In this document: in pieces, positions 38,113 to 64,000 of the stretch
Layout: each line of letters opens with the position of its first letter
How positions within the stretch are numbered: the stretch's first letter is position 1
Assembly (NCBI GenBank): GCA_951406725.2
Contig: OX597823.1
Location: 17,608,001 to 17,672,000, forward strand
Reading direction: 5' to 3'
Length of the DNA: 64,000 bases
Source of the DNA: Octopus vulgaris
Taxonomy: Eukaryota
The notes under the pieces: generated by a model
Seen by the model: the letters and a program-made list of their open reading frames with translations, nothing else
The model's database searches: none
Told to the model about the DNA's origin: nothing
Position numbers and translations under genes: made by a program

Positions 38113-39596
38113 TACATTGGAAAGAATTCGTTTTGCATGGGCTTGTACCATTTATATCATGTGGAATTTGGCTTCTCTTTCATGGGGAACCTGTACTTCC
38201 CCATGAAACCTGCTTACAACTAGGAGTTCTTCTTACAGTAGTAGACCTGTATAGCCCTAGGGCACCATTATGCAGCTAGATGGATTGGTCTAATCTTACC
38301 TCAGGGAATATCTTTCCATTGTATCTTTTACAGATACATGGATGGTATGATTCTAAAAGTGATGATCTATGCTGTCTCATGATACCAATTTGCAACTGGA
38401 TGTATTGTTGTTAAGTGTCAATGCTAATAAACTGAGAATATGTGACCTTTTGGTTAGCCTTATCAAAATATAAAGGGAAACCCTCCTACCTGGTGAGATA
38501 TATATGGTTGATGCTCAGTTTGAACTCCTTCAGGTTGATGTTTATTGATGATCGTTCTGTGACTGGAAGGTAGGAATGAATTCTAGTTCTAAAATAAGGA
38601 GTCAAGTGCAGTGTTTCACAGATAGTTTGACAGACTATCTACAGAAAGAATGAAAGGGTGATCCTGATAATGTTCCCTCTGAGCCATGAATGTGTATGTA
38701 TTAGTCTTGCAATTGGTGTGCAAAAGAGATTAATGTCTTCACAGGAAATTGTATACAAATGAATTAATTCAAGGTGACTGGTAAGGAACTGGCAGGTGTA
38801 GTGGGTGGGTTTAGGTAGATGCAATGAAGCACAGATGATAAGTTCAGAAGAGCAGAGACTATTGTAGTAGTGGTAGCAAAGATAAATTGAGGGTACAATA
38901 TATTGCAAGTTGAAGTATTTTTAAAATATTTCTTTTTCCTTACATGAGAAGGATGAAATTCAAAGATGACCTAGGCAGAGTCTAAGCTAAAAACTAAGAC
39001 TTGTAGAGAAGTACCAAACCATCGGATTCTATTATCCACTGTCAGAAACTCGAATTTGGACCAATTCCTTTTCCTTCTATGTCATCATTCAATAATTTAC
39101 CGATTTATTGTGAAGAGTGGTAGAAATGATAGGGAGCTAAACTAAGTATTTGGCACTGTTTACTTGCATCTTTCATGATCTAAGTCCAAATCTGGCAGAA
39201 TTTGAAAGTAACTTTCAACACCCACAGGTGTAAGGGATGACAAAATACACACCAGGTATATTCTGAATCAATGTCAATTAATTGTATCTAATTAATTGTA
39301 TCTTTTATCCAAAACAATTCTAAACTTATGCTTAGCCAATAAATCAATGAAATCCCTTTCCGAGGATCCTTTATTTATCTAAGTTTATTCAATTCTGTAA
39401 GAAGAAATTTTATAATTACTTCTACCAAATATTTTTCCTTTGATTTTTTGTTCTTCATCACTTCTCATCATATTTTCAAATACTAAAATGTTCTAATGAC
39501 ATGTTTTGCCTTGCATCTCTCTTAGAGTCATTCACAGGATTATATAATTCAAATATTGCCCATATAATTTCATGCCATATTGATGTCTTTACAATA

Positions 39597-39794
39597 CAAA
39601 GCTTGCTCCTTAAACTATGGGTCATGAACCCAAATGGGGCTGCAAAGCAAAATGCTGGGGTCGTGAAAATTAAATTCAAACAATTGAATTTCAGTTTAAG
39701 TGTTATTTCACAAATGCATATTTAATACCTGGATCCCTGAAAAATTTCGTGATGAAAAAAGGGGTCATGAATGAAAAAGTTTAAGAAGTGCTTG
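39597..39794. mobile_element. Decayed hAT-like MITE
   Basis: cttaaact...ggggtc subterminal motifs...agtttaagaa. Confidence 0.4.
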
Positions 39795-39919
39795 TCTATA
39801 CAATACTGGGTCATATATAGCAATATGCTATGATGTCATATATAGCTAAAACAATTTAGGCCTATATACTATCTGTATTATATAGGGCTATATATATCTG
39901 TGTGTGTGTGTGTGTGTGT

Positions 39920-40205
39920 ATGATGGTGCATGGCTTGTGAGGTTGTGAGTTCACTTCCCAGACTGGGCCATGTATTGTGTTCTTGAACAAGCCACTGCAT
40001 TTCGAGTTGCAACATCACTGGCCCCAAGATGTATCAGCCTTTGCCTTTCTCTTGGACGACATCAGTACCATTAAGAGGGAAAACTGGTATGCATGGGTGA
40101 TAGGTAGTCTTCTACAAACAAACTTACTCAGAATTGTGCTTTGGAGGAGAACTTTTGAGGTCCAATCCCATGGTCATTTGTGACCAAAGGGTGTCTTTAC
40201 CCTTT
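39920..40205 (+). mobile_element. SINE family D, decayed
   Basis: Similarity to 4949-5275. Confidence 0.75.
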
Positions 40206-40924
40206 GTACAAAATTTATATGTATGCATGTATATATATATACATACATATTTTTATGTGTATGTGTGTGTATATCACTTTCATCTCCGTGTTAAGGGCCA
40301 CTTTTCTATGGAGTTTTTTGAGGCAGGTTTTCTATGGTTAGATAATTTTTCTGTCACCAACCTACAGCTGTTTCGAAGCAAGGTAAAAGATGATGATATA
40401 ATATGGATATATAATATACATAGATAATATGGTAAAAAATACTGTTTGTGACCTCAGACCTATATGCTGGCCATAAATGTAGTATATAACATAACGTGTC
40501 CATATAATATAGAGCTGTAGATATATATCGTCTATTCGATATAGAACTATACATTGTCTGTATGATAAATTAAAAAATACTTTACAGTATTTACACTGTG
40601 CAATACAGTTCTTTATAATGTCTGTAAGAAACAGGATTATAGTCTCCATTAAACGCTGGGTCATAAGCTGTTGATATAAGAGTTATATACTGTTTGTGTA
40701 TATAGAGGGCTATAAAACATTTTATATAATAAAAGGCTGCAAACACAATATAGTGATATATGCTACTGTAACTCCTCACCATATTGCGGTTCACCTATTG
40801 CAGTCTAATATCTAAGCTTTGCATTTATAATAAAATAAATATATACAAATTAGGAAAATAATTAAAGAAAATATAGAGTACAATACTGTTTCTACTTCAC
40901 AGATTTTCACCTATCGCAGGGGGC

Positions 40925-41140
40925 TTTAGTTTCAAATTTTGGTACAAGGCTTCCAAGTTTAGAGAAGGAGGTAAGTTAATTATATCGACCCCACTGATCA
41001 ACTGGTATTTATTTTATCGACCCCACCCCCGAAAAAATGAAAGTCGACCTCGGCAGAATTTGAACTTTGGACGTAAAGACGGTTGAAATGCCACTAAGCA
41101 TTTTTCCCAGTGTGCTAATGATTCTCCCAGCTCATGCCCT
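40925..41140 (-). mobile_element. Old family E SINE
   Basis: Nin-domain similarity. Confidence 0.7.
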
Positions 41141-41486
41141 ATACACACATATATACTTATGCATTACTGTTAGCTTTTATAATCGGATCTAGTTGAATCT
41201 AACGCAGTGTAAAATAGCAAAACATTTTTAAAAAATTCCTCGTTGGCTAAAGTCAATAAAAGTAGGGACAATGATTTTTTTTGCCATAAATCCAGCCATG
41301 ACATCTGATAGACATTGGGCAGCTGTTCTTTATTTTTGTTTTTATGTTTCATTTGTTTCAATGTTTAGTCACGAAATGGTGCAGCTTTAATTCCATTGTA
41401 GTTTAGACAATAAAATACAAAGTGTTTGAAATATTTGCACAATAATTTTGTTTGCGTTGTTCTTGATGTTTATATATTACAATATA

Positions 41487-41885
41487 TACTCTTTTACTTG
41501 TTTCAGTCATTTGACTGCGGCCATGCTGGAGCACCGCCTTTAATTGAGCAACTCGACCCCGGGACTTATTCTTTTGCAAGCCCAGTACTTATTCTATCAG
41601 TCTCTTTTGCCGAACCGCTAAGTAATGGGGACATAAACACACCAGCATCAGTTGTCAAGCAATGCTAGGGGGACAAACACAGACACACAAACACACACAC
41701 ATACACATATATATATACATATATACGACAGGCTTCTTTCAGTTTCCATCTACCAAATCCACTCACAAGGCTTTGGTCGGCCTGAGGCTATAGTTGAAGA
41801 CACTTGCCCAAGGTGCCACACAGTGGGACTGAACCCGGAACCATGTGGTTGGTAAACAAGCTACTTACCACACAGCCACTCCTGT
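41487..41885 (-). mobile_element. SINE family A
   Basis: Full-length. Confidence 0.9.
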
Positions 41886-41924
41886 AATATATATATATAT
41901 ATATATTACAAAGATATATATATG

Positions 41925-42320
41925 GTAATTTTGAGAAGGACTGAGAGAGCAATGGTGAGAGAAATGTGTGGGGGTGAAGCTGTTTGATAAAAGAAGGACT
42001 GAGGACTTGATAGGGATGCTGGGGGTTGGAGGAATCGGTGGAATGGTTGGCAAGGGTGAATGGAGTGAGGTCGTATGGGCATGTGTTGAGGAGGAATGAA
42101 GAACATGTTCTGAGTAGGGTGATTGTGTTTGAGGTAGACCGAGGAAAAGGTGGAGGTGACAGGTGGAGGAGCAGATTGGGAGGGTTGGTTTGAAAAAAGA
42201 GGACACCCAAAACCAGGCAAAATGGCGAGATGGTGAGAGGGCAGTTGCTATGGCATCAAGGTAAATCCGGCAACACTCATTAACGAGTCAAAACCCGATT
42301 TAAAACATTGGATGATGATA
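41925..42320 (+). mobile_element. RTE-clade LINE 3' fragment
   Basis: ILRRTERAMVREMCG...YGHVLRRNEEHVL; (gat)n tail. Confidence 0.8.
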
Positions 42321-42895
42321 TACTGTCCATATAATACGGGTATATATGCCATTCATATAAGGCCCCTATGTTGTACATATATGGACTGCATTTATACAAT
42401 TTAGGGCCATACATTCTTTATGTAATATAGGGCTATGCATTGTTAATGTAATATAAGATTATAACTGTCTGTACAATACAAGCTTATACACTGTTCATCT
42501 AATATAGAGCTATATACTATCCTTACAGGCTATATACAATCTATATAGCTCACAAATACATACCAGCCATACACTATAAGACTATATATTCTTTATGATA
42601 TAAAACCAAGTACAGTCTATACAATGAAGTAATTTATTCTTTATGTAATACGCAGACATATACTGGTACATACATACTGGGTTATATACTATCTATATAA
42701 AATGGATATACACTGCTCATAGAATATAGGGATATCTACTATAGATACATATACAGGCATGGTTGTGTGGTAAGATTAATGCTTCCCAACCACCATGGTT
42801 CCAGCTTCAGTCTCCACCTGTATACCAAAGGGCCATATAATTACTGGGGGGAGGGGTGCATATAATTACTAGGGCCATATAATTACTGAGTCAAA

Positions 42896-43058
42896 TGGCA
42901 GGAGTGGCTATGTGGTAAGTAACTTGCTTACCAACTACATGATTCTGGGCTCATTCCCACCGCGTGGCACCTTTGGCAAGTGTCTTCTACTATAACCTCA
43001 GGCCGACCAAAGCCTTGTGAGTGGATTTCATAGACGGAAACTGAAAGAAGCCCATTGC

Positions 43059-43132
<74 letters not shown>

Positions 43133-43358
43133 GTGTGTATATGTTTGTGTGTCTCTGTGTTTGTCTCCCCAATATCACTTGACAACCGATGCTGGTGTGT
43201 TTGCGTCCTCATAACTTAATGGTCTGGCAAAAGAGACTGATAGAATAAGTACTAGGCTTACAAAGAATAAGTCCTGAGGTCGATTTGGTCGACTAAAGGT
43301 GGTGCTCCTGCATGGCCACAGTCAAATGACTGAAACAAGTAAAAGAGTGAAAGAGTAT
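42896..43358 (+). mobile_element. SINE family A
   Basis: Full-length. Confidence 0.9.
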
Positions 43359-44679
43359 AATATAGGGCCATATAATTACTGGGAACCATATAATTACTAG
43401 TGGCCATATAATTACTGGTGGGGGGCTATTTAATAACTGGGGGCCATATAAGTACTGTATAATATTGGGTTGTATAATTACTGAGTCATTTACTTCTTTG
43501 TATCAATACAAGTCACTGTACTCACTATATAAAGCAGGGTCATATGAAACATTTAGTTAGTCTTATGAAAGTATAAGGTGGTTCAGGTCATCCAAACTGG
43601 TGAAATATATGTGACTGACATTCCATTTGAACTTCTTCATGTTGCAGTTTGTTGATAGTGATTGTGCGGTTGGCAATCAGTTCATTTTTTGCACAAGGCT
43701 TCATGCTGTCTATATAGTAAGGGACTTTATATTATTAATGCAATCAGAAAAATTGTTGAAAGGGCTTTCATCAATTAAAAGGAATGAATGACTGAAAGCA
43801 TAGTCTAAATTTTTATCACATCCAATATGGGACTGTGAGTTCTTAATTAAGAATAATATATGTAACGATGACAAAATCCCAGCTCCTTGTAGGAAGAGAG
43901 AAGATAAATTTTAAAAAATGCCCAAATTCATTTAGAAATTCCAAAATAGTTTTTTTATCCAATTAAACTTTGTTTAGTTTCCTTAGACAATTAAGTTACT
44001 ATGTATAAACATTATTGCATCACCCAAAGACCTTTGGGTTTCTTGTGTCTTCTTTTTTCTTTTCTTTTCTACAGAATATGAAGCTGTTGTTGTTGTTGTA
44101 GTTGTTACTGTCTAATCTTGATAAAGCATATTTATGATCAAAGACTATGATCATTGCAAGGCTTTGCATATCCGGGGTTATATTGTCCTATATGTCACCC
44201 CCTCCTTTTTCAAAGTGGTAGGATGTGAATTTAGCCCTATTGTTAGCTGGTCAAGGAACAATATAGAAGTTCTCTTATTTTTGCTTAAAAAAAGAAGTAA
44301 TTGTAAGTGTGAGGGATCAGCTGTTTTTATCAGCTGAAAGGAAGATTGGCTAGAAACTGAATAATTAGAAATTGTTTGTTCTTTACTAATTGCCGGTAGC
44401 TTCATTAACTCACATACAAAACCCTTTTTTTTAATCACTTAGTCTGTTCTGTGCAAGACTGGTAGGAGAAAGTTTCCCCAAAGTAGAGACCTGACCTGGG
44501 ATACTTGCAATAGATGAGAGCCCTGTAGAGTCACCCAAAGATCAGATATCTTAAAACAAGGCCTCCATATAGTTTCTGGCAGATTTCACTCAGATTTTGG
44601 TCAGCTTAAGGGTTTGGTTAATGAAACTCGCCCCTTAAATGCTGTGCAAAAGAATTGAACCTGACACCATGTAACAGTA

Positions 44680-45005
44680 AAGTCCATCCATTTTCTTCTG
44701 GGAGTAGAGTCGTCAGGCATCTCCTCCTGTATCAGCAGTAACCATCTTCACACTTTTTGGCGGGTTTCCCTAGCAGGACCAACTACAACAACAGATATTA
44801 TCAAGCCATCTTGTTGTTGGTTTATCCTTAGGTCTCCTACAGATCGACTCATCTTCAAGAATCGATCTTGCAATTCCTTCCTGTGGCATTCTAATCACAT
44901 ACCTGTAGTAGCAAAGATGTGATTCGCAATGCAGAGAGAAGTAATGACTTGACCAGGAAAGACGTCCTGATCTCCAAACTACACACATCCTGTGAAGTGA
45001 ACCTC
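44680..45005 (-). mobile_element. RTE-like LINE 3' relic
   Basis: VIRMPQEGIARSILE...RRPKDKPTTRWLDNI. Confidence 0.65.
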
Positions 45006-45149
45006 TTGAATACACAATGCCCTTATGATGACTCAAATAACTTCTACCGTGTACCTCCCCACCAAACATGTGATTTGTTACCATGGTAACTACATATTCT
45101 ACATGTTATTTAGTTTAAGGCAGGAATTAATTGCAGAATAAAAAGAAAT

Positions 45150-45439
45150 TCCAAATAAAAAATAACTTCTTTTATTTTGCCAAATCATCTATATTCAATT
45201 CATGTTATTTATCAGATTTTGCTTTTCTGATGACTCGGTCACCTTGTTATTGTAGTTGTTGGTGATGCTGGTGTGGCCAATGTTATTTATTCTTTCCTCT
45301 GGCTAGTAAATTCTGATGTGACATGACACACATACGCACACTTACATATACACACAGATATGTATACATACATATATATACATATACATACATACATACA
45401 TATATATATACACATACATACACATATATATATATATAT

Positions 45440-45489
<50 letters not shown>

Positions 45490-45593
45490 GTACACCCACA
45501 TATGTGTATGCATGTGTGTATGTATATATACATATGTACACACATATATGTATGCTTGTATGTGTATGTATATATACATACATATATAAATAC

Positions 45594-45650
<57 letters not shown>

Positions 45651-45662
45651 TCCATGCATACA

Positions 45663-45693
<31 letters not shown>

Positions 45694-45719
45694 GTTATAT
45701 ATATTATATATATTTATAC

Positions 45720-45754
<35 letters not shown>

Positions 45755-46679
45755 CAGATATATATATATATATATACATATATGCACATATATATATATA
45801 TATAATGCAATAGAAAAAATTTAAACAAAGTAATAATGAAAAAAAACAAACAAACAAGCAAAACAGAAAAGAATTATAGATCAGAGAAAGAGAGAGAGAG
45901 AGAAACCCAGCTTTGCTAGTTGGGTAATCGTTTAATTTCTTTCTTAATCAACTTGGTTCTTTACGATAGAAGAATTTTACAACTCCAAAAAAAAAAAAAA
46001 AATAGAAGGAAAAATGTCTTATAGTTACAAAAAAAATAATGATTTTATAATAATGATTTCATAATCTAATGGAAACATTTTCTTTTTTATTTGTGTTATT
46101 TTCTATAAAATCGAAGTCTTCATGGCTTTTGGGAGAAATTAAGGAAACACTAAATCTAGCATCACGAGAATTGTTAGTATTTTGTTTCTTGATTGTAAAT
46201 TTTTTCTTTTTCTTTTTTCTTTTTTCACCACAGAAGCATAATAAACAAATGTGAGGCTTAACATACACATACACACACATACAACAACAACCAAAAAAAA
46301 AAACAACAACAACAACAACAACAACAGAAACACCAACATAGTGGGAACACAGCTAAATGTTTTCGATGTTAGACTGGTCAGCCATTTTGTTCACGGAGGG
46401 TGCAACTGTCTTCATTGAAAAAACTGAAAGCCTTTTTTGGAGGCAGTTAACTGGTTTTTTTATTAACGCTCCTTGAATATAAATTCTCTGTACAAAAATT
46501 ATTTATAAACAGTTGTGGTACTCAGCCTGGTGATCATTGTTAACAGTGATTGTTTCTCTTTTTTTTTTTTTTTTTCAAAAAAAAAAAATACAAACAAAAA
46601 CAAAAACAAACAAAACCAGACTGTGTGTTGGAACGAAATCCCATGCGAAAAAAAAGGAAATGGGTGGGGAGTAAAGAAT
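45150..46679 (-). other. Probable collagen 3' UTR (3' end uncertain)
   Basis: U-rich, TE-free stretch after the stop; minus-strand AATAAA near 46459, 46086, 45286 and 45171. Confidence 0.45.
45325..45803. repeat. Compound (TA)/(CA)/(TACA) microsatellite
   Basis: Direct reading. Confidence 0.95.
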
Positions 46680-61664
<14,985 letters not shown>

Positions 61665-61933
61665 CTAAATTAGAACGCTTAATTAGATTATCATTAGAAC
61701 TGGCACACATCTTTATGTCAAACATAATCTGCAGCATTTGAAGAGGGAGACAAGATGTGAGTCACTTCAGGAACGGTTAGTTGTAGATGTAAAATAGAAA
61801 TATGGATTAAAACATAAGGGAGTTTTAATGATGTTAGAGAGATGAGAAATAATTCTTATTCAATTTAAGTCACCATTCTATCAGAGATAACATTCCCAAA
61901 TGATTTGGACCCTATTTATATTATCTGAGTTAA

Positions 61934-62153
61934 CCTTTTTGTTACTAACCCGGCCAAAACCGGCTCTGGCTCTGTGGTAAAATATCTTGTTTTCATAAGT
62001 TTTGAATTAAAATATTCCACCAAACCTTAGTCACAATTTATGTTCCAAACACTAGCTTTATGATAACTAAGTTATTTTACAAAATTCTTTGTTATATTTA
62101 AAATGATTGAAAGAAACACAGAGCATCTCAAAATAAATACAGTAATGAAAGGG
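61934..62153. mobile_element. piggyBac-like MITE
   Basis: TTAA-cctttttgttact ... agtaatgaaaggg-TTAA. Confidence 0.8.
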
Positions 62154-62653
62154 TTAATATAAAATAGACAGTTCTGATTAGAAGCAGTATAATGTCTGCA
62201 GCTGTTCTGAATTTGAGATCCAGGAACATGCACACTAATATCACATCCATAGTTAGATGTCTTACCTCTGCTATAGATTCAATTCATAAAAGGTTGAACA
62301 TTGGAATATAGCATAAACAGGTTCATGCTATTTTATTAGGCTTATCCTGCATTTGAGAATAAAATTATTTCCTTATCTATATCTTTCAATACATCTCAAC
62401 GCTTCTAAAGCAAACTCTGTTGACTTTCAACGTAACATTGGAATATGCAATGTATATGAAAAAGGAAAGGCATGCACATTTATGGCTTTCATTGCTGTCT
62501 TTCTTTACTTGACATAGAGCTGGTTTTTGTCTTTTGTTTTACTATTTTCCCACCAAGATGTAATGCACTTAAGTACTATATGCGATAAACTCCTTATTAT
62601 TTAACATCTAGGCTTGCATGTGTACTAAAATCTTGCTAATGTCTAGTTACCAT

Positions 62654-63047
62654 GATGGATGATGGAAGCACTCCTTCGGTTACGATGACGAGGGTTCCGG
62701 TTGATCTGAATCAACGGAACAGCCTGCTCGTGAAATTAACGTGTAAGTGGCTGAGCACTCCACAGACACGTGTACCCTTAACGTAGTTCTCGGGGATATT
62801 CAGTGTGACACAGAGAGTGACAAGGCCGGCCCTTTGAAATACAGGTACAACAGAAACAGGAAGTAAGAGTGAGAGAAAGTTGTGGTGAAAGAGTACAGCA
62901 GGGATCAACACCATCCCCTGCCAGAGACTCGTGGAGCTTTAGGTGTTTTCGCTCAATAAACACACACAACGCCCGGTCTGGGAATCGAAACTGCGATCCT
63001 ATGACCGCGAGTCCGCTGCCCTAACCACTGGGCCATTGCGCCTCCAC
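62654..63047 (-). mobile_element. SINE family C with 9-bp TSD
   Basis: agttaccat at 62645-62653 and 63048-63056. Confidence 0.92.
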
Positions 63048-63269
63048 AGTTACCATACCACATCATGGAGAATAAAACGTAAATTATTGGCCCTGTTGTT
63101 AGTAGTTTGACATCCAAACAATTGCACCAACTTCAAAATCTCTTTTCATTGTGTTAATAAAGTTTCTTTTCTTACCCAATACCAAATGACTTGTTTTTAA
63201 AAACTAGAATCATGAGCGTATAACTGAATTATTTTAACATAGTAGGGCTTCTTTTTAAATTAACACAAC

Positions 63270-64000
63270 ATATGTGATAGAAGGGAAGAAGAGATTGGGC
63301 CTTATAACAGAGGAGAACTGGGAATTTTTGTGAGTCAGCCTACAATCAGCAACAGATCAGATTTATGGCTGGTGAAAGGTTCTAAGCTAAATGGAAGGTG
63401 ACATGGTGGTTGAATAGCATGTGAGATAGAGACAATAAAAGATAAAAGGAAAGACTGGAAATATTAGAAGAAAACTAGAGGAGAAGTTAGGTGTTAGGCA
63501 TTCTTAGCAAAGGTGAGGAGCTAAAAGTAATTCTTTGATAAGAGAAGAATTAGAAATATGAGATGTTTTAAATCACAAATCAATGTACAAAAGAGAATTT
63601 GAACGTCATTGGAGAGAAATGCATACGACATGATAGTAGCACTCATGATCTCACTGACGCTGAAAAGAGAAAGAGGTGTGGAAATACTACTATGAGACGT
63701 TGTTGGATTAAAAGAATGCATAGCAAGAGGGAGGGAAGGAGATAGAGAGAAAGAGAGAGAGAATGAGAGAGAGAGAGAGAGCATGCTCCAAATAGACCCA
63801 ATAATGGGACCAGCCAGTGAAGTTGACAGCAGTATGGTCAAAAGCACGAATATGGATATGAAGGCAGAAAAGGCAGCTGGAACATCAGGGACAGTCGTTG
63901 AGATGCTGAAAATATATGGTGAGGTAGGTCACATATTAAACATTTGCATATTCAGTCATATAGTACAGGGAGGTGTTGTACACAATGATTGATGTAAGAG
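63270..64000 (+). mobile_element. Decayed RTE-clade LINE ORF (region upstream of RT)
   Basis: MKAEKAAGTSGTVVEMLKIYGEVG resembles the KAxGxxGIxxEMLK motif. Confidence 0.65.

Noticed and set aside
61665-64000. Further upstream collagen exons
   Set aside because: No Gly-X-Y stretch with splice sites found; the next exon must lie outside the window.

Overview
Eukaryotic, AT-rich, repeat-saturated genomic DNA. The SINE families, microsatellite load and expanded 18S helix suggest a coleoid cephalopod, probably Octopus (inference). The only protein-coding gene I can support is the 3' part of a minus-strand clade-B (type V/XI-like) fibrillar collagen: nine coding exons from 61664 down to the stop at 46680, covering the end of the Gly-X-Y helix, a polybasic furin linker and a complete COLFI C-propeptide. 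Its 5' end lies beyond the window. The rest is mobile DNA and simple repeats: five tRNA-derived SINE families (my labels A-E), LINE relics (CR1, Tx1/L1, R4/Dong, RTE), three decayed mariners, a Tc1 fragment, MITEs, non-autonomous Helitrons, minimal hammerhead motifs, an 18S-ITS1 rDNA fragment and very long micro/minisatellites. Most long ORFs in the ORF track are microsatellite artefacts. The most novel-looking signal is a Nin-domain SINE that forms head-to-tail 183-184 bp arrays joined at one fixed hairpin site, and shares its 3' end with a Tx1-like LINE relic and an unknown 781-bp retroposon. All coordinates were read by eye, so repeat boundaries are approximate.
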